Shown: positions 10,583 to 19,723 of the stretch, piece by piece
How the letters are laid out: each line of letters begins with the position of its first letter
Position numbering within the stretch: the stretch's first letter is position 1
Virus record (IMG/VR): IMGVR_UViG_2791355159_000004
Location: 1-64,000 of that record
DNA from: a virus
Lineage: Duplodnaviria; Caudoviricetes
Reading direction: 5' to 3' (one strand)
DNA: 64,000 nt
Made by a program: the position numbers and the translations under genes
Notes under the pieces: generated by a model
Told to the model about the DNA's origin: nothing
What the model saw: the letters and a program-made list of their open reading frames with translations, nothing else
Database searches by the model: none

Positions 10583-11095
10583 ATGTCAGACATCAGCAGA
10601 ATCGGGGATGCCTATAACTGGAGTGTTGCGAAAATTGCTGAAGCTTTCGGCATAGATCGTAAGACGGTCAGAAAGAAAATCATGAACGCTCAGGTTGCAT
10701 CCGCCGGAAACATTCGTGGAAATCCGGTCTATGCCCTCAAGGACATCGGTCCTGTTCTCTTTGCCCCTGACGAAGCAGCCACACCTGAAACACTTCATGA
10801 TCCCTCCCGTATGGATCCTAAATCCCGTAAGGACTGGTTTCAGTCTGAGAATGAGCGCGTAAAGCTTGAAGCTGCGCTCAGCCAGCTCGTTCCTGCTAAT
10901 GAAGTGCATCGCGAGATGGCCATGATGGCGAAATCTGTTTTACAGGTACTGGATACATGGCCTGACAGGCTGGAGCGCGATCATGGGTGGTCTCCGCATC
11001 AGATTTCAGAAGCACAAAGCATTGTTGATGAAATTCGAGAAGCGCTGGCTGCAGAGATCCGTAGTGCAGATATCGTCGAAGAGAGTGAGTCATGA
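10583..11095 (+). CDS. terminase small subunit (DUF1441/Nu1-like)
   Basis: N-terminal HTH, motif RKDWFQSENERVKLE, located before terL. Confidence 0.85.
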   Translation: MSDISRIGDAYNWSVAKIAEAFGIDRKTVRKKIMNAQVASAGNIRGNPVYALKDIGPVLFAPDEAATPETLHDPSRMDPKSRKDWFQSENERVKLEAALSQLVPANEVHREMAMMAKSVLQVLDTWPDRLERDHGWSPHQISEAQSIVDEIREALAAEIRSADIVEESES

Positions 11096-13191
11096 CATAC
11101 GCCTCAGCTGCTGAGATACGCCGAGACGTATCTGAACTCTTTAAAGCTCCACATCGAATGCCAGTAGCTGATGCGGTTAGACGCTACATGCGCGTGCCTT
11201 TGGGTGGCGGCAGTTCACTCCCATGGGACGCGACACTGACGCCCTATATTGTTGAACCCATGAACTGCCTGACGTCGCGCAATTATGACGCTGTGGTTTT
11301 TGTCGGCCCCGCGCGGACGGGTAAAACGCTGGGTCTGATTGATGGCTGGATAACCTATTCTGTGGTCTGCGATCCGGCAGATTTTCTGCTGATACAGATG
11401 ACGGAAGAAAAGGCGCGCGAACATTCAAAAAAACGCCTTGAACGCACTTTTCGCTGCAGCCCTGAGCTTCACAGCCGTCTCAGCCCACGCGCCAGCGATA
11501 ATAATGTGCATGACCGGACTTTTCGCGCCGGCAACTACCTCAAAATTGGCTGGCCATCCGTCAATATCATGTCCTCATCGGATTATCGATATGTTGCACT
11601 CACTGACTATGACCGCTGGCCCGATGATATAGACGGGGAGGGGGATGGTTTTTCCCTGGCGTCCAAACGCACCACCACATTTATGTCAGCCGGGATGACG
11701 CTGGTGGAGAGCTCCCCGGGCCGGGATATTTGCGATACAAAATGGAAGGCTTCGACGCCACATGAAGCACCGCCAGCAACAGGGATCCTCTCGTTATATA
11801 ACCGGGGCGATCGCCGCCGGTGGTACTGGCCGTGCCCGCATTGTGGGGAATATTTTCAGCCGGAAATAGCCAGTATGACAGGCTATCGCGGCTATACCGA
11901 TCCGGTACTGGCCAGTGAGGCTGCACGTCTGCAGTGTCCGGCCTGCTCTGAACTGATTGAACCCGATATGAAGCGTGTCCTGAATAGCCGCGGCGTCTGG
12001 CTGCGTGACGGGCAGAGCATGGATCGTGAGGGGCAACTCAGCGGGAAGGCACGCCAGTCCCGGATTGCCTCTTTCTGGATGGAGGGGCCGGCAGCGGCAT
12101 ATCAGACATGGACTCAGCTGATTTATAAATATCTCACTGCCGAACAGGAGTATCAGGCAACAGGCAGTGAAGAAACCCTTAAAGCCGTCTTCAATACGGA
12201 TTTCGGCAGGCCTTATTTTCCCCGGACCGCCCTTGAACAACGTAAGGGAGAACATCTGGAGAGCCGGGCAGAGGATATTCCCGAGCGAACGGTTGCAGAC
12301 GGGGTGAGGTTTCTTGTTGCAACCGTGGATGTGCAGGGCGGCCGGCATCGTCGTTTCGTGGTGCAGATAACCGGATACGGTGCGATGGGAGAACGCTGGG
12401 TCGTTGACCGGTACAACATCCGTCATTCGTTACGCAGCGATGCCCTTGGCGAAAGCCGCCCACTCGATCCCGGCAGTTACCCTGAGGACTGGGATCTGCT
12501 TCTCTCGGACGTGCTGTACAAAACCTGGGCGCTGGCCAGCGATCCGTCAAAACGAATGTCGCTTATGGCGATGGCTGTGGATTCCGGAGGCGAGGACGGT
12601 GTGACCGACAACGCCTATCGCTTCTGGCGAAAATGCCGTCGGGAGGGGGAAGGAAAGCGTGTTTATCTTTTCAAGGGCGACAGCCATAAGCGTGAAAAGC
12701 TGATCACCCGGACATGGCCTGACAATACCGGACGCTCAGCGCGCCGGGCAAAGGCTGCAGGGGATGTTCCGCTTTATCTGCTCCAGACCGATGCGCTCAA
12801 GGACCGGGTAAATAACGCCCTGTGGCGTGAAGCCCCAGGTCCCAATTACATTCATTTTCCGGCCTGGATCGGGAGCTGGTTTTATGACGAGCTCACCTAT
12901 GAAGAGCGCTCACCAGAAGGGCGGTGGCGTAAACCGGGGCGGGGAGCCAATGAAGGATTTGACCTGCTCGTCTATGCCGATGCGCTGGTCATTCTGCATG
13001 GCTACGAAAAAATTAAATGGCCTGATGCACCTTCATGGGCTCGCCGGGAAACCTGGCTTGAAGACAGTGATACAGATAACACTCTGACAAGCATGTCTCC
13101 GCCACTGAAAGCCCGCACCCGCAAACCCTCATCAGGCCCGACTCCCGACATGACAAACAATCCCTGGATTACAAACGGAGGCTGGATATGA
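11092..13191 (+). CDS. terminase large subunit (GpA family)
   Basis: Walker A GPARTGKT, CPHC/CPAC motifs, VDVQ nuclease motif. Confidence 0.95.
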   Translation: MTYASAAEIRRDVSELFKAPHRMPVADAVRRYMRVPLGGGSSLPWDATLTPYIVEPMNCLTSRNYDAVVFVGPARTGKTLGLIDGWITYSVVCDPADFLLIQMTEEKAREHSKKRLERTFRCSPELHSRLSPRASDNNVHDRTFRAGNYLKIGWPSVNIMSSSDYRYVALTDYDRWPDDIDGEGDGFSLASKRTTTFMSAGMTLVESSPGRDICDTKWKASTPHEAPPATGILSLYNRGDRRRWYWPCPHCGEYFQPEIASMTGYRGYTDPVLASEAARLQCPACSELIEPDMKRVLNSRGVWLRDGQSMDREGQLSGKARQSRIASFWMEGPAAAYQTWTQLIYKYLTAEQEYQATGSEETLKAVFNTDFGRPYFPRTALEQRKGEHLESRAEDIPERTVADGVRFLVATVDVQGGRHRRFVVQITGYGAMGERWVVDRYNIRHSLRSDALGESRPLDPGSYPEDWDLLLSDVLYKTWALASDPSKRMSLMAMAVDSGGEDGVTDNAYRFWRKCRREGEGKRVYLFKGDSHKREKLITRTWPDNTGRSARRAKAAGDVPLYLLQTDALKDRVNNALWREAPGPNYIHFPAWIGSWFYDELTYEERSPEGRWRKPGRGANEGFDLLVYADALVILHGYEKIKWPDAPSWARRETWLEDSDTDNTLTSMSPPLKARTRKPSSGPTPDMTNNPWITNGGWI

Positions 13192-13400
13192 ACCAGACCG
13201 AGGTGGAAGCCATGATCCGCTATTACACCGAGGCAGAGATTGCCGTACTGAGCGGCAAAACCATCATGCTGAACGGACAGTCCATGACGATGGAGAATCT
13301 GGCAGACATTCGAAAGGGGCGGCAGGAGTGGGAGCGCCGCCTGGCCGTATACCTTAAAAAACGCTGTGGTCAGACGGGTTATCGTTTAGCGAGGTTCTGA
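13188..13400 (+). CDS. head completion protein (gpW-like)
   Basis: 70 aa between terL and portal. Confidence 0.75.
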   Translation: MNQTEVEAMIRYYTEAEIAVLSGKTIMLNGQSMTMENLADIRKGRQEWERRLAVYLKKRCGQTGYRLARF

Positions 13401-14905
13401 TGTCATTCCTGGATAATGCAATCGGTGCTTTTTCGCCGTCGTGGAAGGCTGCCAGGCTGCGTGCCCGCATGCAGATCCGCGCCTACGAAGCCGCGCTCCC
13501 CACCCGCACACATAAAGCCAGACGCGAAACACGCTCAGCCAACCAGCTCAGTCAGGCCGGGGCAGTTTCCCTTCGCCAGCAGGCCAGAGCGCTTGATGCG
13601 AATCATGACCTGGTGATCGGCATACTGGATAAGCTGGAAGAGCGCGTTATCGGCGCAAAAGGCATCATCGTTGACCCGCATCCGCTGCTGAAAGACGGCC
13701 GTGTGGCTACAGAGCTGGTGAAAACCATACGCAAAAAATGGGGTGAATGGTCACTGCGGCCTGATGTCACTGGCGAGTTTTCCCGGCCAGTACTGGAGCG
13801 CCTGATGCTGCGCACCTGGCTCAGAGACGGGGAGGTTTTTGCTCAGCTGGTGAGCGGCCATGGCGCCGGGCTCAGGGCAGATGGCGGCGTACCTTTCTGG
13901 CTTGAAGCACTTGAGCCAGATTTCGTGACCATGAACTCCGATCCTGCCGCTGGACTCATTCAGGGCGTCTGGCTGAACGAGTGGGGTAAGCCGCTTAAGT
14001 ATCAGGTCTATAAAAATCTCCCCGTCAGCGGTTTGCTCTCTGATACCAAAGAGGTGTCTTCTGACGCCATGCTGCATCTTAAATTTGCGCGGCGTCTGCA
14101 CCAGGTGAGGGGCATTACCATCCTGTCTGGTGTGATGATCCGCCTGAGCGCCCTGAAAGATTATGAAGAAAGCGAAATGGTGGCCGCGCGCATTGCCGCT
14201 GCTCTGGGGATGTACATCAAAAAAGGTGACGGGCAGGACTATTCAGAAAGCCTGAGTGGCAGCAGTGAGCGTGAACTGACTATTCAGCCGGGCATGTTGT
14301 ATGACGATCTCCGGCAGGGTGAAGAGATTGGCATGATCAAGTCAGACCGGCCCAACACCAACCTTGAATCATTCCGGAACGGGCAGCTACGTGCCGTGGC
14401 TGCCGGTACACGTCTGAGCTTTTCGAGCACCGCCCGCAATTACAACGGCACATACAGCGCGCAGCGGCAGGAGCTGGTGGAGTCTACGGACGGATATCTC
14501 ATTCTGCAGGACTGTTTTATTGCTGCTGTCACCCGGCCGGTTTATCGCGCATGGCTGAAGCAGGCGCTTGCGGCGGGCGTGATTAAGCCACCCGCCGACA
14601 TCGAGCTTTCCACACTGTATGACGCCATTTACTCGGGACCCAGTATGCCCTGGATCGACCCTGTGAAGGAGGCGACAGCCTGGAAAATCCAGATACGGGG
14701 TGGGGCGGCAACCGAATCCGACTGGGCGCGAGCGTGCGGGCGCAACCCTGATGAGGTTAAACGTCGCCGCAAAGCGGAAGTCGATGAAAACCAGAAAGAG
14801 GGGCTGGTGTTCGACACTGACCCGGCAAACGACAAAGGAGTCAGCAGTGACCGAGAAAATAAAGCAGATAAGCCAGCGTCAGGCGATACAGGCGAAGAAG
14901 ACTGA
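13400..14905 (+). CDS. portal protein, lambda family
   Basis: Motifs DGEVF, RGITIL, NYNGTYSAQR and WIDPVKE. Confidence 0.93.
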   Translation: MSFLDNAIGAFSPSWKAARLRARMQIRAYEAALPTRTHKARRETRSANQLSQAGAVSLRQQARALDANHDLVIGILDKLEERVIGAKGIIVDPHPLLKDGRVATELVKTIRKKWGEWSLRPDVTGEFSRPVLERLMLRTWLRDGEVFAQLVSGHGAGLRADGGVPFWLEALEPDFVTMNSDPAAGLIQGVWLNEWGKPLKYQVYKNLPVSGLLSDTKEVSSDAMLHLKFARRLHQVRGITILSGVMIRLSALKDYEESEMVAARIAAALGMYIKKGDGQDYSESLSGSSERELTIQPGMLYDDLRQGEEIGMIKSDRPNTNLESFRNGQLRAVAAGTRLSFSSTARNYNGTYSAQRQELVESTDGYLILQDCFIAAVTRPVYRAWLKQALAAGVIKPPADIELSTLYDAIYSGPSMPWIDPVKEATAWKIQIRGGAATESDWARACGRNPDEVKRRRKAEVDENQKEGLVFDTDPANDKGVSSDRENKADKPASGDTGEED

Positions 14906-16841
14906 ATCCTGGTTCTGGATGGCCATACGGGGCGAAGCTGAGGCAGAAATTTATATCTATGACGAAATTGGTTTTCAGGGGGTGCCGGCAAAACAGTTTA
15001 TCAGCGACCTCCAGGCACTCGGCGAGATCAAACACATCAACCTTCACATCAATTCGCCGGGTGGCAGCATTTTTGAAGGGATCGCCATTTTTAACGCACT
15101 TAAATATCACCCTGCTGCCATTACGGTTCATGTCGACGGCGTGGCCGCGTCGATGGCCTCCGTCATCGCCATGGTCGGTAATCCGGTCATCATGCCGGCC
15201 AACAGTTTCATGATGATCCATAAACCCTGGGCGGTCGCAGGCGGTGATGCCGATGACATGCGTGATTTCGCTGAACTGCTGGATAAAACAGAAGCTGTGC
15301 TCATCCCGGCTTATGCCGCCAAAACAGGGCTGGCCCATGAGGTTATCGCCGGGATGCTGAAAGAGGAAACCTGGATGGATGGGACCCAGTGTGTCTCGCT
15401 GGGATTCGCTGACCAGCTGGCGCCCGCCGTTCAGGCAATGGCCCGCATTGATTCAAAACGTATCGAGGAGTACGAAAAAATGCCAGAAAACCTTCGCAAT
15501 ATGCTGACGCCGCCGCAGAACAGCCTGACGCATGATCCTGCTCCACCTCAGGCAGGTGTGAACGAAGCGGTTTTACGTGAACAGTTCATTGAAGAACAGC
15601 GTGTCCGCGCACGGGCGCTCACTGACCTGTTTGGGATGTTCGGTGATAAATACAATGCTCTGCAGGCAGCTTGCATCGCGGATCCGACGTGCACACTTGA
15701 GCTGGCACGCGAGAAGCTGCTGACGCAAATGGGCAAAGACAGCACGCCGTCTAACAAATCAGCCGCACCTCACATCTATGCCGGAAACGGTAATTTTACC
15801 GGTGACGGTATCCGGCAGGCCATCATGGCGCGGGCCGGTTATGAGCCACTCCAGTCAGATAACCCTTACAACGCCATGACGCTTCGCGAGCATGCGCGCC
15901 TGTCACTGACCGAACGGGGCTTCGGTGTGGCCAGTTATAACCCGGTACAGATCGTCGGGCTGGCGTTTACGCACAGCACTTCCGATTTTGGCAATATCAT
16001 GCTGGATGTGTCCTATAAATCCATTCTTCAGGGCTGGGAACAGGCCCCTGAGACGTTCGGTGAGTGGACCAAAAAGGGACAGCTGTCCGATTTCAAAATT
16101 GCGCACCGTGTGGGGCTGGGTGGTTTTCCTTCGCTACGTCAGGTCCGCGAGGGGGCGGAATACAAATACGTCACGACGTCAGACAAGCAGGCAACGATTG
16201 CCCTGGCCACCTACGGTGAGCTGTTCAGCATCACCCGCCAGGCCATTATCAATGATGACCTGAGCATGCTGACCGATGTTCCCATGAAACTTGGCCGTGC
16301 GGCTAAAGCCACGGTGGCAGATCTGGTCTATGCCATCCTCGTGAAAAATCCGCAACTGAGCACGGATAACATTGCGTTGTTTGCAGACAGCCATGCAAAT
16401 GTTCTGACCAAAGCCGCAATGGATGTGGCGTCCCTGGATAAAGCCCGGCAGATGATGCGCCGTCAGAAAGAAGGCGAACGCCATCTCAATATTCGTCCGG
16501 CTTTTGTGCTGGTGCCGACCGCCATGGAGTCCACTGCCAGTCAGGTCATTCGCTCAACGTCTGTTAAAGGCGCCGACATCAACGCCGGTATCATTAACCC
16601 CGTGCAGAACTTCGCAACGGTAATTGCCGAACCACGTCTGGACGATGCCAGCCAGAACACGTTCTACCTCGCGGCGGCAAAAGGTTCGGACACGATTGAG
16701 GTCGCTTACCTTAACGGTGTGGATACGCCGTTTATCGACCAGATGGAGGGATTTACTTCTGATGGTGTCACGACGAAAGTACGCATCGACGCTGGTGTTG
16801 CACCTGTTGACTATCGCGGCCTGGTGAAGTGCACCGCCTGA
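14700..16841 (+). CDS. ClpP-like prohead protease / major capsid protein fusion
   Basis: INSPGG, AASMAS and MIHKP protease motifs are fused to a capsid domain. The true start is probably near 14847. Confidence 0.9.
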   Translation: MGRQPNPTGRERAGATLMRLNVAAKRKSMKTRKRGWCSTLTRQTTKESAVTEKIKQISQRQAIQAKKTESWFWMAIRGEAEAEIYIYDEIGFQGVPAKQFISDLQALGEIKHINLHINSPGGSIFEGIAIFNALKYHPAAITVHVDGVAASMASVIAMVGNPVIMPANSFMMIHKPWAVAGGDADDMRDFAELLDKTEAVLIPAYAAKTGLAHEVIAGMLKEETWMDGTQCVSLGFADQLAPAVQAMARIDSKRIEEYEKMPENLRNMLTPPQNSLTHDPAPPQAGVNEAVLREQFIEEQRVRARALTDLFGMFGDKYNALQAACIADPTCTLELAREKLLTQMGKDSTPSNKSAAPHIYAGNGNFTGDGIRQAIMARAGYEPLQSDNPYNAMTLREHARLSLTERGFGVASYNPVQIVGLAFTHSTSDFGNIMLDVSYKSILQGWEQAPETFGEWTKKGQLSDFKIAHRVGLGGFPSLRQVREGAEYKYVTTSDKQATIALATYGELFSITRQAIINDDLSMLTDVPMKLGRAAKATVADLVYAILVKNPQLSTDNIALFADSHANVLTKAAMDVASLDKARQMMRRQKEGERHLNIRPAFVLVPTAMESTASQVIRSTSVKGADINAGIINPVQNFATVIAEPRLDDASQNTFYLAAAKGSDTIEVAYLNGVDTPFIDQMEGFTSDGVTTKVRIDAGVAPVDYRGLVKCTA

Positions 16842-16862
16842 TGCGCCCTGAATAAACCTGAA

Positions 16863-16882
16863 CGCCCGGAAGGGCTTTTTTT
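16863..16882 (+). terminator. terminator after the capsid gene
   Basis: GCCC-GGAA-GGGC followed by a T run. Confidence 0.6.
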
Positions 16883-16925
16883 ATGCCTGAAATCCGGTCA
16901 ACACGGATCGGGAAGGAGAATAACC

Positions 16926-17249
16926 ATGGCAAAAAATTATGTGCAGGATGGCAAGACACTGACGTTCATTGCGGACGAAAACTATAAAAGCGGCGATATG
17001 GTGCGTGTGGGAGATCGTATCGTTATTGCCGTAACAGATACCCCGAAAGATTGCGCCGGAACTGGCCTGGCGGAAGGGGTATTCACTTTAGCGAAAAAAT
17101 CGGGTGAAACCATTCAGGCCGGAAAGCGCGTGTATGTGTACGACAATCACGTTGTTGCAAACAATCAGGCGGGGGCGGTACCACTCGGTACCGCCTGGGA
17201 AAACGCCGAAGGCAAGGCGCCCTTTGTGGCCGTTAAGCTTTTTGGCTAG
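16926..17249 (+). CDS. DUF2190 family capsid-associated protein
   Basis: MAKNYVQDGKT...EGVFTLAK. Confidence 0.85.
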   Translation: MAKNYVQDGKTLTFIADENYKSGDMVRVGDRIVIAVTDTPKDCAGTGLAEGVFTLAKKSGETIQAGKRVYVYDNHVVANNQAGAVPLGTAWENAEGKAPFVAVKLFG

Positions 17250-17553
17250 CCCGTTTTTCCGCCTGACTGACAGGATGGACGATGTCACTGCACGCCGGTT
17301 CGGTCAGGCCGTAGTGATTAATGGGCGGACGATGTGCGCAACTGAACATGCCTTTACGGCTGACATGGGACCACTGTCCGGAGAGGGCGTGTCGTTAATT
17401 GTCTTCGACAGGGCTTATCAGCCCGAACGACATGATCGGGTTGAATGGCAGGAGAAACACTGGAGAGTGACCCGCTGGCAGTTTTACAACGGCAAGCCGC
17501 AAATCTGGCTTGAGGAGGATAAAAGTGTGGGGACTGAACCAGGCACTGAATAA
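17242..17553 (+). CDS. head-tail joining protein
   Basis: 3' part of ORF 17104-17553; TTG at 17242 overlaps the upstream stop. Supported by synteny. Confidence 0.65.
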   Translation: MASPFFRLTDRMDDVTARRFGQAVVINGRTMCATEHAFTADMGPLSGEGVSLIVFDRAYQPERHDRVEWQEKHWRVTRWQFYNGKPQIWLEEDKSVGTEPGTE

Positions 17554-18085
17554 CCTGTATGAGCTCGATCGTCAGCTGGTGCCCCGCGCGCTGGCGCAGG
17601 CGGTGAACCGTGTGGCCCGTCGCGTCATTACGCGCTGCACACGCGAGGTTGCAAAGCAGACGCGTGTTCCTCAGAAGCTGGTCAGGCAGCGTGTCCGGCT
17701 ACGCCCGGCCACGCCGGGCCATGCTGATCCGACCGCGCGACTGGTCGTTAACCGCGGGGATTTGCCGGCTATCAGTCTGGGCACGGCCCGTCTGCAGCTG
17801 TCCCGGCGAAAAACAGTGGCCGGCCGGCATGGCAGCGTGCTGAAAATCGGGCGGTTTACTTTCCGAAATGCATTTATACAGCAACTGGCTAACGGCCGCT
17901 GGCATGTACTGCAGCGGACCGGCCGCAGTCGCTATCCGGTTCAGGTTGTAAAAATCCCGCTGTCCGGACCGCTGACGGAGAGCTATCAGAAACAAAGCCG
18001 GCAGTTGCTGGAAACGGATATGCAGGCTGAACTGGCCGCCGCGCTCAGACAGCAACTGAGGCTTTACCTGAGGAAGAGGGTATGA
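17510..18085 (+). CDS. Z: minor tail protein Z
   Basis: AVNRVA...VNRGDLPAISLG...AFIQQLANGRWHVLQR. Confidence 0.9.
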   Translation: MRRIKVWGLNQALNNLYELDRQLVPRALAQAVNRVARRVITRCTREVAKQTRVPQKLVRQRVRLRPATPGHADPTARLVVNRGDLPAISLGTARLQLSRRKTVAGRHGSVLKIGRFTFRNAFIQQLANGRWHVLQRTGRSRYPVQVVKIPLSGPLTESYQKQSRQLLETDMQAELAAALRQQLRLYLRKRV

Positions 18086-18480
18086 AAAAACATGCTGAAA
18101 TCAGGCGCACCCTCACGGATGCGCTTAAGTCCCACATCAGCGGGGCGGCCTTTCATGATGGCCGCCCCGTTTTTATTGATGAAAAAGAACTGCCCGTCGT
18201 AGCCGTTTATCTGTCAGACGCCCGCTACAGCGGTAACTATCTGGATGCAGAAGCCTGGCAGGCCACGCTGCATATCGAGGTATTCCTCCGGGCAACCCAA
18301 CCGGATACGGCACTGGATGAGTGGGTTGAACGCCATATCCTTCCGGCACTCGTTAATGTGCCGGCACTTTCATCCGTGATCGATACGCTCACGCCGCAGA
18401 GTTATGACTGGCAGCGAGACACTGAAATGGCGAGCTGGGGTTCAGCCGATCTGACTTATCTCATTACCTATCAGATGTAA
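18082..18480 (+). CDS. U: tail terminator U
   Basis: DGRPVFIDEKELPVVAVYL...WGSADLTYLITY. Confidence 0.9.
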   Translation: MKKHAEIRRTLTDALKSHISGAAFHDGRPVFIDEKELPVVAVYLSDARYSGNYLDAEAWQATLHIEVFLRATQPDTALDEWVERHILPALVNVPALSSVIDTLTPQSYDWQRDTEMASWGSADLTYLITYQM

Positions 18481-18489
18481 GGAGCCACT

Positions 18490-19014
18490 ATGGCGACACC
18501 TAATCCTCTTGCATCAGTCAAAGGTGCAGGAACCACCTTACTGATTTTCACCGGCAGCGGCGATGCCACCGCTAAACCTCTGAACGATGACGGCTGGACA
18601 CGGCTCGCCCAGATCCGGGAGCTGCAGCCTGGCGAAATCAGTGCGGAAAGTTACGACGACACCTGGCTGGACGATCCGGACGCCGACTGGAAAGCCACGG
18701 CGCAGGGCGAGAAATCGGCGGGAGAAGCCAGTATTACGCTTGCCTGGAAACCCGGCGAGCAGGGACAGAAAGATTTACTGAGCTGGTTTCACAGTGGGGA
18801 GGTTCGCTATTACAAGATTCGCTATCCGAACGGCACGGTTGATCTGTTCCGGGGCTGGGTCAGCAGCCTGGGCAAGACCATTCCGGCAAAAGAGGTCATC
18901 ACGCGAACCATCAAGGTAACGAACAGCGGCCGTCCGGTTCTGGCTGAGGAAATTCCGCAGTCGCCTGCACCTGCGCCACATTCTGACAATAAGAATGATA
19001 AAGGAGGTCTCTGA
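18490..19014 (+). CDS. V: major tail tube protein V (no Ig-like C-terminal domain)
   Basis: VKGAGTT...QGEKSAG...TNSGRP. Confidence 0.9.
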   Translation: MATPNPLASVKGAGTTLLIFTGSGDATAKPLNDDGWTRLAQIRELQPGEISAESYDDTWLDDPDADWKATAQGEKSAGEASITLAWKPGEQGQKDLLSWFHSGEVRYYKIRYPNGTVDLFRGWVSSLGKTIPAKEVITRTIKVTNSGRPVLAEEIPQSPAPAPHSDNKNDKGGL

Positions 19015-19409
19015 TGTTTCTGGAAAAAACCGTGTTTCATTACGGGCCTGAGCAAATGGAGTTATCTGAACTGACAGCGCTGCAGCGCGCCGAGTTTTTT
19101 GCGTTTATTGCCAGTTCTGACGTGGTTAAAGATAAGGCTCCCTCGGACGCAGCCCGGAACGCAGCACTGGTCAGGCTGAATACGGAGTCCAGTGCCTGGC
19201 TTGTTTCGCGTGCGCTCTGGAATTGTCATCGTGAGGCGGACGTTAACGATATTTATCAGGGGATCCTGGCCGACTGGCCCGAAAAGGCGCTGTGTGTGGC
19301 TGCGGAAAAGGTGATGGTTCTCAGCGATCTCAAGGGGGATGAAAAGCCGGCCGAGCCATCCGGCCCCGGGGAGGATGACCTGAAGGTAAAGCCGACGGAC
19401 GAGAGCTGA
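19014..19409 (+). CDS. G: tail assembly chaperone G
   Basis: MFLEK...LSELTALQRAE; synteny. Confidence 0.85.
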   Translation: MFLEKTVFHYGPEQMELSELTALQRAEFFAFIASSDVVKDKAPSDAARNAALVRLNTESSAWLVSRALWNCHREADVNDIYQGILADWPEKALCVAAEKVMVLSDLKGDEKPAEPSGPGEDDLKVKPTDES

Positions 19410-19723
19410 AATTTATCATGTTTCTGGCCCATGAGTTTCGCCGTCCTGACTGGCGCCGGATGCTGAGCGAGATGACGTCTTCTGAACTCGCAGACTGGCA
19501 GCGTTATTTCGCCATTGTGCCGTTCAGCCATCGCCTGCTGGATGCTGAATTTGCGACGCTCAGCAGCACAATGGTGGCGCTCGCCACAGGCGAATGCGGG
19601 CTGACTGCAGAAGACTTCAGCCTGCTCAGTGGCTCAGGAACCGGTGACCTCATGACTGATGACATGCTGATGGCCGTGGCAGAGTCCATGGGAGGAGAAC
19701 GCCATGTCCCAGCAGATCGCTGA
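19388..19723 (+). CDS. T: tail assembly chaperone T (frameshift extension of G)
   Basis: The -1 frame is open from G GTA AAG (19385-19391) into EFRRPDWRRML. Confidence 0.8.
   Translation, partial: KADGRELKFIMFLAHEFRRPDWRRMLSEMTSSELADWQRYFAIVPFSHRLLDAEFATLSSTMVALATGECGLTAEDFSLLSGSGTGDLMTDDMLMAVAESMGGERHVPADR

Noticed and set aside
14700-16841. Protease-capsid fusion as a novelty
   Set aside because: An established arrangement in Gifsy-2-like lambdoid phages.
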